Assembly (NCBI GenBank): GCA_040756235.1
Contig: JBFLZG010000096.1
Coordinates: 1-16,617 of the forward strand
Length of the DNA: 16,617 nucleotides
Direction: 5' to 3'
DNA from: a bacterium
GTDB lineage: Bacteria; Desulfobacterota; DSWW01
Shown here: positions 1 through 8,150 of the stretch, one piece after another
How positions within the stretch are numbered: position 1 is the stretch's first letter
Layout: every line of letters begins with the position of its first letter
Position numbers and translations under genes: made by a program
The notes under the pieces: generated by a model
Told to the model about the DNA's origin: nothing
The model's database searches: none
What the model saw: only the letters and a program-made list of their open reading frames with translations

Positions 1-124
1 TCCTGAGGAACGAGGCGTACATGGAAGTACGCCGCAGTGACCCCGGCTTTCGCCGGGGCAGGCTGCCCCAGGACCTCCACGCCGCACGAGTGCAACGCCG
101 CAGATGGGCGTTTTGGGACAGCCT
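1..124. repeat. 3' part of a palindromic MITE-like dispersed repeat (truncated by window start)
   Basis: Hairpins GGCGTAC-atggaa-GTACGCC and CCCCGGC-tttc-GCCGGGG. Ends CAGATGGGCGTTTTGGGACAGCCT; the reverse complement of the end (AGGCTGTCCCAAAA) resembles AGGCTGTTCAGAAA at 16521. Confidence 0.6.
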
Positions 125-187
125 CTATAGAGGAAATGTCTGACCGGAACACCCGGCAGCCGGAACGCCATCGGTCAAGAGAGCCTT

Positions 188-3100
188 ATGGGACCACTAC
201 CGCAGCAGGACGATGATCAGCTTTTCAGATTGATCTACCGGGACGATCTGACCGGGCTCTACAACAGGCGGCACCTTGCCCATCGTTTCAAAAAGCCCTC
301 GAACGAGGGCCCTGACCCCGCTCCGTATTGCCTTCTCTTCATGGACGTCGATTTCTTCAAAGAGATCAACGACACCCACGGCCATCACGCGGGAGACACG
401 GTCCTGATCCGGGTCGCCGCTTCCCTGACGGGGATCGGAGACCCGCAGATGGAGGCGATCCGGTACGCGGGAGACGAGTTCATCCTCCTGCTGCACGGGG
501 CACCCGGGGAGCACGGCCTTGCCAGGGCGTGGGAGATCGTGGAGAGAGGGCGGGCCCTCGCGGTTCCCATGGAAGGAGGTGAGCCCATCGGAGTGACCTT
601 CTCCGTCGGCGTCGCCGCCTTTCCGGAGCACGGCACCGGCTGGGAAGAGGTGCTGGAGAAGGCGGATCACGCCCTGTATCAGGCCAAACAGCAGGGTCGG
701 GATCGAGCCTCCCTGCCGCCCGCGGACGGTGGCCCCATCTGCAGGGGAGACGATCTGTCCCGCATCTTCCCCTGCCCTCGATGGATCGGCCGCGAGGAGG
801 AGACGGAGCGGACGGCGGAACATTTCGCCTGCTGGCAGCAGGCAGCCGCAGACCCGGACGACCCGGCGCGGTACTCGATTCTCCTTTGCACCGGGCCGGC
901 AGGCATCGGCAAGACGCGGTTCCTGGAAGAGATCCGGACCAAGCTGCCGTCCTGGGGAAACGTGCGTACCCTGGTGCTCTCGGGTTCCGAAGAGCTCGCG
1001 GGTCTGCGTTTCGGCAGCCTCACAAAATGCCTCATGGATCACTTCGGCTGCCCCGATTCCCTGCGGGAGACGGCCGGGTTGAGACTCTCCGCCGAAGAGG
1101 AGAATGCCTGGGCCAGCCTTTTCTCCCGCAACGGCGAATGCTCCGGGGACTCCTTCGATCCGGATTCGGCAGCCAGGCTGCTCGGTCGCGTCCTGGGCGG
1201 CCTTGCGGCCAAGCAACCTCTGGCCTTCCTCGTGGACGACCCGGAGATGGCTGACCCGGACACGCTCCGCTTCCTCGGGTTGGCCCGCGGGGCGAAGGGT
1301 CCCGCCATCCCTGCCTGGGTCCTGGCAGCATATTCCGAACGCGCCGCGGCGGAGCTGCCGGGCCATACGGCCATCCGGCTGAGGCGGTTCGACCGGGAGG
1401 CGGTCCGCGAGATGGTCCAGGCCATCTTCCCCACTCTCAGAGTCGACGCTTCCTTCTGCGAGGAGCTCCGGACGCGGAGTCAGGGGAATCCCCAGTTCCT
1501 GGAGGAAGCCCTCAAGCTGCTCGTGCAAGAAGGCGGGCTCGCCTACGTACGAAGCGCATGGAGATGGAAGGGCGAAGATCTCTCCGGAGTGCCTGCGGAC
1601 ATCGAGGCCCTTGTCCGGAAGAGGCTCGCCCGCCTGGACCCCAGCGTCCGGAGCCTGCTGGAGAAGGCGGCGGCGGCTGGCTCGGAGATCGATCCCACCC
1701 TGATCCGGGAGATCGAGGCGACCAACGAGGGCCACATCCTGGACCTCCTCAACCGTGGACGGAAGCTCGGCCTGCTCAAAGCGCGCACCCGCTGGGCCGA
1801 TGATGGCCTCCGGTTCCTCAACCGTACCGCCAGGAACCTCTCCTACGAGGGGGTCCCGGAAGAGGACCGGATCGCCTGGCACCTGCGCATGGCCAAGGCG
1901 CAACAGGCCCGCGGCGAGTCGCCCGACTTGAATCAGCTCGGCCTGCTGATCTACCACGCCCGGATGGCCGGGCTCGAGGACGAGCTCGCAAAGCTCGGCA
2001 AGCGGCTCATCCCGGCTCCGCAGCAGGCGGCGCTGCGCGTTCCGGACAAGCTCCTCAAGCGCACGAAGAACAAGACGCCGCCGGCCGAGGACGTGCCGGT
2101 TCCGCCCGAGAGCCTGACCAGGGTCCCGGGCCTGTTCCACCTGCTCCGGGCAGCGTTGCAGAACCTGCGCCTGTACCCGGAAGCCAGCCAGGCCGTCACC
2201 ACGTCCTGCGAGCGGCTCCACCAGGGGATGGAGGCCGTGCTGAGCCGGATCGAATCGATCCACTTCTCCGAGGCGGAGGGAACGCTTCTCGTCAACGGTG
2301 AGCCGCCTCCCTGGAAAGGCAAGGAAAGCGCTGCCGGCACCTCCTTCTGCGCGCTGCTGACCGAGGCCGGCCTCAAGGACCTGTGGCTCCGGCGCGGCCT
2401 TACGATGGAAGAGCTGCGGGTGCTCCTGCGCACCTGGCACGAGATCACGCGCAACCCGGGTTCCCCGGAATCTTCCTGGGAGGCCTTACAGAACCGGGAA
2501 TGGATCGAGCACGTCCAGGTGAACGGCAGGATTTACGTGGCCCTCTCCGACCCTCAAGACCTGGGCAGTGTGCTGCAGCCGGTGCCCCCTGGAGACGGAG
2601 AGCGATCGTCCCGGGGTGAGGATCCGGCCAGCCTGCTCGCTTTCCTGCAAGCCCGCATTCCCGCGATCGAACGTTTCCTGCCAAAGGAGCCGGACCGCCC
2701 GCCCGAGCTCCGGGAGCTGCTCGCTCTGCTGAGGAGGGCCGCAGACACCCTGGCCGCCCTGCAGGCCTCGGCGCTGCCTGCGGCGGAGACCGATGGCGGC
2801 TCGGTCTGCGCGGCCCCGCGCGCGACCGCGGACGCGCCCGCCCTGGAGCCGGCCGCAGAGAAAGTCGCGGAACCCAATGTGGCCGCCTGCCTCTCGGACG
2901 TCGTCTCCGGCGAGCCGGCCCGTGAGGCGCGCGGGTATGCCTGTCTGGCGCAGATGGGGAAGCGCTCGCTCGAGTCGCTCCACTATTTTCTCGGCCACTC
3001 CGACGACGTGCGGGCAGGCCGGCTCTGCGCACACTTGCTGAAGTCGCTGGATCCTGACTGCGCGGCGCGCTTACGGGCCGACATCCAAGGGAGGGCGGAC

Positions 3101-3706
3101 CCGCAGGTCAAGGTCCGGGTCCTTCGCTGCGGCGGAGCGGCGGTCGAGCCCGCCTCATGGCGAGCCATCCTCGGGACCGCTCTGCGGGACGAGGAAGCAG
3201 CCGTTGCACGCGAGGCGCTGCACCAGCTCGAGACGGGCTTTGCGGGAGAGGCGAACCCGATGCTCCTGGAGGCGCTGCCCCTCTGTCCGGAGCGCACGCG
3301 ACAGGAGATCTGCGCGGCCCTGGGCCGGCTCGGCGACCCGAAGAGCCTGCCCCATCTCATCCGCTGCCTGGAGCCGAACGGCCGGCGCCGCGAAGGCGGG
3401 ACGACCCGCTTTCTGGAAGAGGTCTGTCATGCCCTGGGGCGTTTCGACGCCCCCGAAGCGCGCACGCAGCTGGTCCGCCTGCTTGCCTGCAGCGGCCGCT
3501 GGCCCTGGCGGAGGAGGTGGCCGGCCGCGCTGCGGGAAGCGGCCGTGAGGGCCCTGGAGAAGATGAGCCGGGAAGCCGTTCTTCCGATCTTGAAGGCCTA
3601 CGAGAACGACCGCGACCCGGGCGTCCGGTACCGGGTGCGGAAGTACCTCCAGGGCCCGCCGTCCGCCGATGAGGACGCGGCGCCGGCTGACCCCGACCCC
3701 GCCTGA
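188..3706 (+). CDS. Multidomain protein: diguanylate cyclase (GGDEF, AGDEF variant) + P-loop AAA/STAND-like ATPase + helical domain + C-terminal HEAT-like repeats
   Basis: DDLTGLYNRR, DVDFFKEINDTHGHHAGD, RYAGDEF, VTFSVGVA, ADHALYQAKQQGRDR; Walker A GPAGIGKT, Walker B LAFLVDD, RSQGNPQFLEE; HEAT-like ICAALGRLGDPKSLPHL, VCHALGRF, LREAAVRAL, DRDPGVR. Confidence 0.9.
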   Translation: MGPLPQQDDDQLFRLIYRDDLTGLYNRRHLAHRFKKPSNEGPDPAPYCLLFMDVDFFKEINDTHGHHAGDTVLIRVAASLTGIGDPQMEAIRYAGDEFILLLHGAPGEHGLARAWEIVERGRALAVPMEGGEPIGVTFSVGVAAFPEHGTGWEEVLEKADHALYQAKQQGRDRASLPPADGGPICRGDDLSRIFPCPRWIGREEETERTAEHFACWQQAAADPDDPARYSILLCTGPAGIGKTRFLEEIRTKLPSWGNVRTLVLSGSEELAGLRFGSLTKCLMDHFGCPDSLRETAGLRLSAEEENAWASLFSRNGECSGDSFDPDSAARLLGRVLGGLAAKQPLAFLVDDPEMADPDTLRFLGLARGAKGPAIPAWVLAAYSERAAAELPGHTAIRLRRFDREAVREMVQAIFPTLRVDASFCEELRTRSQGNPQFLEEALKLLVQEGGLAYVRSAWRWKGEDLSGVPADIEALVRKRLARLDPSVRSLLEKAAAAGSEIDPTLIREIEATNEGHILDLLNRGRKLGLLKARTRWADDGLRFLNRTARNLSYEGVPEEDRIAWHLRMAKAQQARGESPDLNQLGLLIYHARMAGLEDELAKLGKRLIPAPQQAALRVPDKLLKRTKNKTPPAEDVPVPPESLTRVPGLFHLLRAALQNLRLYPEASQAVTTSCERLHQGMEAVLSRIESIHFSEAEGTLLVNGEPPPWKGKESAAGTSFCALLTEAGLKDLWLRRGLTMEELRVLLRTWHEITRNPGSPESSWEALQNREWIEHVQVNGRIYVALSDPQDLGSVLQPVPPGDGERSSRGEDPASLLAFLQARIPAIERFLPKEPDRPPELRELLALLRRAADTLAALQASALPAAETDGGSVCAAPRATADAPALEPAAEKVAEPNVAACLSDVVSGEPAREARGYACLAQMGKRSLESLHYFLGHSDDVRAGRLCAHLLKSLDPDCAARLRADIQGRADPQVKVRVLRCGGAAVEPASWRAILGTALRDEEAAVAREALHQLETGFAGEANPMLLEALPLCPERTRQEICAALGRLGDPKSLPHLIRCLEPNGRRREGGTTRFLEEVCHALGRFDAPEARTQLVRLLACSGRWPWRRRWPAALREAAVRALEKMSREAVLPILKAYENDRDPGVRYRVRKYLQGPPSADEDAAPADPDPA

Positions 3707-3721
3707 GCCTGCCTGGGATTT

Positions 3722-3836
3722 CGTCATCCCGGCCCATGTGCGGAGCGCGTGTGAGCCGAGATCCAGGAGGGTGTATCTTGCGCAGCGGTCGTTGCCGGGT
3801 GACAGGGACTGGACTCCGGCCTGCGCCGGGGTGACG
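3722..3836. repeat. Palindromic intergenic repeat (GTCATCCCGGC...GATCCAG / CTGGACTCCGGC...GGTGAC class)
   Basis: CGTCATCCCGGC...GCCGAGATCCAG at the left arm and inverted CTGGACTCCGGCCTGCGCCGGGGTGACG at the right arm, between convergent genes. The left 43 nt recur at 6251-6293. Confidence 0.75.
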
Positions 3837-3923
3837 GAAGGGAAGCCCTGCGGGGGGCGCTGCTTGCTGCGCCCTTGTTGCGGGGGGCGCCAGCATGCGT
3901 CGCTTGCGAGCGTGGCGAGCTCT

Positions 3924-4436
3924 TCACTCCGTCCTGAACAGCTGCCCCTGCTCCCCCAGCTCCTTCAGCAGAAGTGCGGTCTCTTCAGTTCCCTGGACCA
4001 CTCGTTCGAAGCATTTTTCGTGGTCTTTGGAAGCGTAGAATCGGAAGGCTGCTTCCAGGTCTGCGAAGTCCACCCCGGTCAGCTCCCTGCAGGAAGACGA
4101 GCCCAGCCGCCGGTTCAGCCGCTTCACCAGCTCCTGCGCCGGCCCGGTGATCGGGAACAAGCCATCCATGCCTTGCTCGAGCCTCTCCCTGCCGATGAGA
4201 AGGCCGAGGACCATCGCAGCACCTGCGTGCACTCCGCAGGTCAGGGAGTAGAGCATGCCTCCGTGGAGCGCTCCGGCAGCCCGGAGGACGAGGCCGTCCC
4301 GCAGACCCAGCTCCTCCATGAACGCCGCCAGGATGCTTTGCGTGCAGCTCCCGTGCTGCTTCATGTTCGTCAGGGCCTTCTCTTTCACCCTCTCGATCCA
4401 GGCCGGCGACGCCGGCAACACCACAGGAGTCACCAT
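3924..4436 (-). CDS. C-GCAxxG-C-C family putative redox-active protein
   Basis: Four spaced Cys: GSCTQS, LHGGM...TCGVHAGAAMVLGL, GSSSCRELTG, EKCFERV. Confidence 0.85.
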   Translation of the reverse strand: MVTPVVLPASPAWIERVKEKALTNMKQHGSCTQSILAAFMEELGLRDGLVLRAAGALHGGMLYSLTCGVHAGAAMVLGLLIGRERLEQGMDGLFPITGPAQELVKRLNRRLGSSSCRELTGVDFADLEAAFRFYASKDHEKCFERVVQGTEETALLLKELGEQGQLFRTE

Positions 4437-4526
4437 CTCGCAACCCTCTCTGCAGCCTTGAGGCCATGCTGAAACCCGACCCGGATTCGCCCCCCCGAAA
4501 CCACGCGAAAGGCTCCAGGTTTCAGC

Positions 4527-5471
4527 CTATTCCTTGCAGCCGCAGCCGCAGCCTTGGGCTCGCGTGTCCGGCTCGGGTCCGGTCTGGGGAGCCTGCCTCC
4601 CCTGCCCTCCTTTCTCCAGCAGGCAGGGGCCCTCGGCACTCGGGGGTGCGGACATCAGGTGGGTGCCGGTGAGGCCGTCGGCGAACTCCCTCATCATCCG
4701 GTTCGGCTGCTCCTTGACGTACTGCCCGGTCAGGACGGCCTCCTTGACCTTTCTCTCGTCCACTCCCTCTTCACGTGCCATTCCCACGATCTTCTCCAGG
4801 CAGGGCATGCATCCGGCGGCAACGGCCGAGCCGACAGCCACCAGCAACTGAGTCTCCCGGTCCAGCGCTGAGAGTGTGTTCACCATTTTGGCGGCCTCCT
4901 TTATTTCAGGTTTTTCGGTGCCTTGCTTCGTCTTTACCGGCTCGCAGACCAGCACCCCCCGGCGATCGATCTCGAAGCTGCATTCCTTCTCGAGTACCTC
5001 CCGGAGCTTCTTCCGGGCTCTGTGGAGCCGGACCCTCACGTTGGCCTCCGACAGGTGGAGAATCTCCGCCACTTCCCGGCAGCTCAGCTCCATCGTGTCG
5101 GCCAGGAGGATCACGCTCCGCAGCTGCAGCGGAAGCAGGTGGATCTTTTCCTGCACGCAGGCGCTCATCCGCCGCTGATCGATCTCTTCCTGGATCGAGG
5201 GTTCCTCCGCTAGTTCCGGGCCGGATTCCGGAGCGGGCTGTTCGCCGAGGGTCCCCTTGTGCTTGCGGAAGTGGTCCTGGCAGACGTGGTAGGCGATGCT
5301 GAAGATCCAGGAGGAGACCTTGGAAGGATCGCGGACTTGCCCCAGGTGTTGAAAGGCCCGGAGGAACGTCTCCTGCACCACATCGTCCGCAGCCGACGGA
5401 TCTCCGACGAGACTCCTGACGAAGCGCAGCACCCGGGAGTAGTAGGTGTCGTGAATCTCCCAGAAGTCCAT
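4527..5471 (-). CDS. ECF RNA polymerase sigma factor (SigZ-like) fused to C-terminal CMD/AhpD-like CxxC domain and Cys-rich tail
   Basis: Start ATG 5471 after AAGGAGG. Sigma2 ADDVVQETFLRAF...SSWIFSIAYHVCQDHFRK; sigma4 ELSCREVAEILHLSEANVRVRLHRARKKL; ECSFEIDRRGVLVCEP; then LVAVGSAVAAGCMPCLEK and tail GCGCGCKE. Confidence 0.88.
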   Translation of the reverse strand: MDFWEIHDTYYSRVLRFVRSLVGDPSAADDVVQETFLRAFQHLGQVRDPSKVSSWIFSIAYHVCQDHFRKHKGTLGEQPAPESGPELAEEPSIQEEIDQRRMSACVQEKIHLLPLQLRSVILLADTMELSCREVAEILHLSEANVRVRLHRARKKLREVLEKECSFEIDRRGVLVCEPVKTKQGTEKPEIKEAAKMVNTLSALDRETQLLVAVGSAVAAGCMPCLEKIVGMAREEGVDERKVKEAVLTGQYVKEQPNRMMREFADGLTGTHLMSAPPSAEGPCLLEKGGQGRQAPQTGPEPDTRAQGCGCGCKE

Positions 5472-5508
5472 GGCTCTCGTCCTCCTTCTCCGTCCGCCGC
5501 GCTTTCCG

Positions 5509-5763
5509 TCAGCATTTTCCGGCGGACGTTTCAAAGCAAGCCGGCGCCGGCTGAGGTTCCCGGCCCATGGCGCTTTCGATGCTCCGCCACAGGTACACGT
5601 GTGCGCCGTTCAGGATCTTTCTGGCGAGGTCCGCGGCCTCCGAGATCTCTTCCTCTGCGAGCTTCATGGCCCGGGCTCTTGCAAGAAAGTGCTCGAAGCA
5701 CGGAACGCAGTTGGCTGCCGCGGCGGCTCCCAAGCATATCAGGGTGTTCGTCTTCTCGTCCAT
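5509..5763 (-). CDS. CMD/AhpD-like small CxxC protein
   Basis: MDEKTNTLICLGAAAAANCVPCFEHF...EEISEAADLARKI; RBS GGAGG; clear paralog of 14901-15167. Confidence 0.85.
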   Translation of the reverse strand: MDEKTNTLICLGAAAAANCVPCFEHFLARARAMKLAEEEISEAADLARKILNGAHVYLWRSIESAMGREPQPAPACFETSAGKC

Positions 5764-5798
5764 TTCCGTGACCTCCGCAGTTTGCAGTCTGCCTGTAG

Positions 5799-5825
5799 GA
5801 CGATCGGAGCACCCGGAGCGTTACA
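5799..5825 (-). promoter_or_regulatory. Putative ECF sigma promoter for the CMD-sigma operon
   Basis: Minus strand TGTAACG-ctccgggtgctccgat-CGTC; same motif and spacing at 5856 and 14754. Confidence 0.75.
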
Positions 5826-5855
5826 ACGCACCCACCTTCTGCCGGATGGCTGCCC

Positions 5856-5881
5856 GTAACGTTCGTAGAGCCTCCGCCGTC
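5856..5881 (+). promoter_or_regulatory. Putative ECF sigma promoter for the SHOCT gene
   Basis: GTAACG-ttcgtagagcctccgc-CGTC, back to back with the minus-strand copy. Confidence 0.75.
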
Positions 5882-5954
5882 TTACGGGCAACACGGAAGA
5901 ACGGCAGGCAGGAACGCATTTCCAACCGGCAATAGACTCGAGGAGGAAAAACCA

Positions 5955-6212
5955 ATGGTCGAGCATGCCGCTTTCTGGAATGGTTTCGAGTGGTGGATGC
6001 TGTTTCCCATTGCCATGATGATCTTCTGCATTCTGGGCATGCGCAAGCGCCCGGGCGGCGCGGCGGCGCGCTGCTCTTCCGGCAGAGCCGCCGGAGCCTC
6101 CCCCTTCGCTCCCTCGGACTCGGCCCGGCACATCCTGGACAAGCGCTACGCGCTGGGAGAGATCACCCAGGAAGAGTACGAAGAGAGGAGAATGGTGCTC
6201 GGGCGGCCCTGA
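5955..6212 (+). CDS. SHOCT domain-containing small membrane protein
   Basis: RBS GAGGAGG; TM segment WWMLFPIAMMIFCILGM; C-terminal SARHILDKRYALGEITQEEYEERR is the SHOCT pattern. Confidence 0.85.
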   Translation: MVEHAAFWNGFEWWMLFPIAMMIFCILGMRKRPGGAAARCSSGRAAGASPFAPSDSARHILDKRYALGEITQEEYEERRMVLGRP

Positions 6213-6250
6213 AACCCGCAGGGGCAGGCCCCTCTGCCCGTGTCTTGTTC

Positions 6251-6293
6251 CGTCATCCCGGCCCCTGTGCGGAGCGCGTGCGAGCCGGGATCC
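6251..6293 (+). repeat. Second copy of the 43-nt palindromic repeat arm
   Basis: 40/43 identical to 3722-3764, same orientation. Confidence 0.85.
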
Positions 6294-6312
6294 GGCAGCC
6301 TGCATCGTGAAG

Positions 6313-6424
6313 CCCCTCTCCCCCGTATCACGGGGAAGAGGGGCAGGGTGAGGGGGAGCCGGAGCAGATTCAGCGGATTCACCCCTCATCCCGGCCTTCT
6401 CCTCTCGGCGAGGGGAGAAGGGGT
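6313..6424. repeat. boxC-like palindromic repeat pair
   Basis: CCCCTCTCCCC...GGGGAAGAGGGGCAGGGTGAGGGGG followed by inverted CCCCTCATCCCGGCCTTCTCCTCTC...GAGGGGAGAAGGGG. Confidence 0.65.
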
Positions 6425-6474
6425 GAAGATTTGCGGGGGCGGTGCGTGACGCGCCCGTTGCCGCGACAGTGCAA

Positions 6475-6494
6475 GGGCGACCCGCCGGTCGCCC
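6475..6494. repeat. REP-like hairpin downstream of arsM
   Basis: GGGCGACC-cgcc-GGTCGCCC perfect 8-bp stem. Confidence 0.55.
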
Positions 6495-6518
6495 CAAACG
6501 AGCTGCGCCCGTCCTTCC

Positions 6519-7370
6519 TCAGCAGCAACAGCCGCGCAGGGGCTTTTTCCCCTGCACCTTGATGCTCCGGACGGAGCGGCCGAGGTCCTGCAACTCCTCG
6601 GTCGAGAGATCGGCCCCTTCGATCATCGCTTTCACGGTCGGATCGTTGGACAAGATGTCGACCGGAAAGCCGCTTTCGCCGACGATCTTCACTTCTTCGA
6701 AGCCGGCGTTCTCGATGGCTTTCAGGTAGGCCTCCCGGATCATCGCCCCTGCAACGCAGCCGACATACGCCTCGATGGAGCTCTTGACGGCATCCGGCAG
6801 CTTCTTCAGCAGCACGATGTCCGAGACCATCATCCTCCCGCCGGGCTTCAGCACGCGGAACGCCTCGCGGAAAACCCTCGGCTTGTCGGGCGAGAGATTG
6901 ATGACGCAGTTCGAGATGACCACGTCGACCGAGCGGTCCGCGGCGGGCAGGTTCTCGATCTCTCCCAGCCGGAACTCCACGTTCTCGTAGCTGCCTCTGC
7001 GGGCGTTCTCTCGCGCCTTGTCGAGCATCTCGGGGGTCATGTCGACGCCGATCACGCTTCCGCTCTTGCCCACGGCGTTGGCCGCCAGGAAGCAATCGAA
7101 TCCCGCGCCGGCGCCGAGGTCGAGCACCGTCTCCCCTTCCCGCAAAGAAGCAAGGGCCGTCGGGTTGCCGCAACCCAGACCCAGATTCGCCCCCTCCGGG
7201 ACAGAGGCCAGCTCCGCGTCCGAGTATCCGATGCTCCTGCCGATCCCCTCCGCAACGTCTGTGCTGCCGCAGCACGAGCCGGATGAAGAAGGGGCACAGC
7301 ACGAGCTGCCGCTCCTGGCCACGTCGCCATAACGGTCCCTGACGTTCCTTTTGACTTCTTCTTCCTTCAT
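6519..7370 (-). CDS. arsM: Arsenite S-adenosylmethionine methyltransferase
   Basis: SSCC...GSCCG N-terminus, [65 protein letters not shown]. Confidence 0.95.
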   Translation of the reverse strand: MKEEEVKRNVRDRYGDVARSGSSCCAPSSSGSCCGSTDVAEGIGRSIGYSDAELASVPEGANLGLGCGNPTALASLREGETVLDLGAGAGFDCFLAANAVGKSGSVIGVDMTPEMLDKARENARRGSYENVEFRLGEIENLPAADRSVDVVISNCVINLSPDKPRVFREAFRVLKPGGRMMVSDIVLLKKLPDAVKSSIEAYVGCVAGAMIREAYLKAIENAGFEEVKIVGESGFPVDILSNDPTVKAMIEGADLSTEELQDLGRSVRSIKVQGKKPLRGCCC

Positions 7371-7392
7371 CGCAATGCCCTCCTCTTGTCTA

Positions 7393-7416
7393 TTCTATTA
7401 TTTCTAAAATATAGAA
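7393..7416. promoter_or_regulatory. Putative ArsR operator upstream of arsM
   Basis: AT-rich imperfect palindrome TTCTAT-N12-ATAGAA; 16/23 identical to 7750-7772 upstream of the adjacent arsR. Confidence 0.6.
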
Positions 7417-7438
7417 GTATGCGAGCAAAAAATTTTCC

Positions 7439-7747
7439 TCAGCAGCACGCCGTCAGCAGACGGGCAAGCTCCCAGGCCATGTCTTTCCGCACGGAGTAAT
7501 ACACGTAACGCTCTTCCTTCCTGCTGCGGATCAAGCCGGCCCGGCGCAGTGCGTCCAGATGATGAGAGAGCGATGGGGCCGGCACCTTGACGGCTCCCTG
7601 GATCTCCCCGGCCGACACTTCCCGTCCTGCCTGCACGAGGAAAAAGAACACCTGAAGGCGCTTGAGATGGGCGAGGGCCTTGAGCGCCTCCACGTGGGCC
7701 TCATGGGCCGACAGCTTGTCCGGAGACAGGGGCTTGTTGGCATTCAT
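7439..7747 (-). CDS. arsR: ArsR/SmtB repressor with C-terminal vicinal Cys pair
   Basis: LKALAHLKRLQVF, SAGEI...PAPSLSHHLDALRRAGLIRSRKEERYVYY, ends LLTACC; no CxC in helix 3. Confidence 0.9.
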   Translation of the reverse strand: MNANKPLSPDKLSAHEAHVEALKALAHLKRLQVFFFLVQAGREVSAGEIQGAVKVPAPSLSHHLDALRRAGLIRSRKEERYVYYSVRKDMAWELARLLTACC

Positions 7748-7749
7748 GT

Positions 7750-7783
7750 TTCGATAATTGCCAAAGTATCAAACGAATGTCAA
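7750..7783 (-). promoter_or_regulatory. Sigma70-type promoter with overlapping operator
   Basis: Minus strand TTGACA (7783-7778), candidate -10 AATTAT (7759-7754, 18-nt spacer), operator-like TTCGATAATTGCCAAA. Confidence 0.6.
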
Positions 7784-7875
7784 CAAAAATCCGGGGAGGC
7801 CCGGCGGCTTTCGCGGGAAAGCGCTCGAACCAGGGTACGCTGCCGAGCTGCCGTCCTCTTCGTTGCGACGCCCGC

Positions 7876-8149
7876 TCACGTGCAGCACTTTACCTCCGGC
7901 GAGGAGGCGGAGGCAGGGAATGCAGGGGCCGGTTCTCGCAGAGCCTCTTTCACCCGCGTGATGCATTCCGACGGCCACCGGGTTTCGTAATTCTTGTCGA
8001 CGCCGAGCTGCGTGACGACCACGTGCCGGTGGATGGGCAGCTCCAAATGCTCCAGGAGCTTTCGTGCACAGCACACGTCGCACCCGTCGATTGCGACGAT
8101 CCGGTCCACGTCCCGGGCGGACTGCACCATGGGCTGGATGTGGGGCGCC
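7876..8149 (-). pseudogene. C-terminal remnant of a DGC-domain putative zinc-binding protein
   Basis: HIQPMVQSARDVDRIVAIDGCDVCCARKLLEH...HVVVTQLGVDK; the family's N-terminal CSG-containing half is absent. Confidence 0.7.
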
Positions 8150-8150
8150 G

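Noticed and set aside
136..216. Short ORF (ATG 136) after AGAGGA overlapping the GGDEF gene start
   Set aside because: SD-to-ATG spacing is too short, it is only 26 codons, and there is no other support.
197..2440. 747-aa minus-strand ORF and other long antisense ORFs (11603-12931, 10614-11480, 8968-9702, 3669-4472)
   Set aside because: Shadows of real GC-rich genes on the opposite strand; no recognisable motifs.
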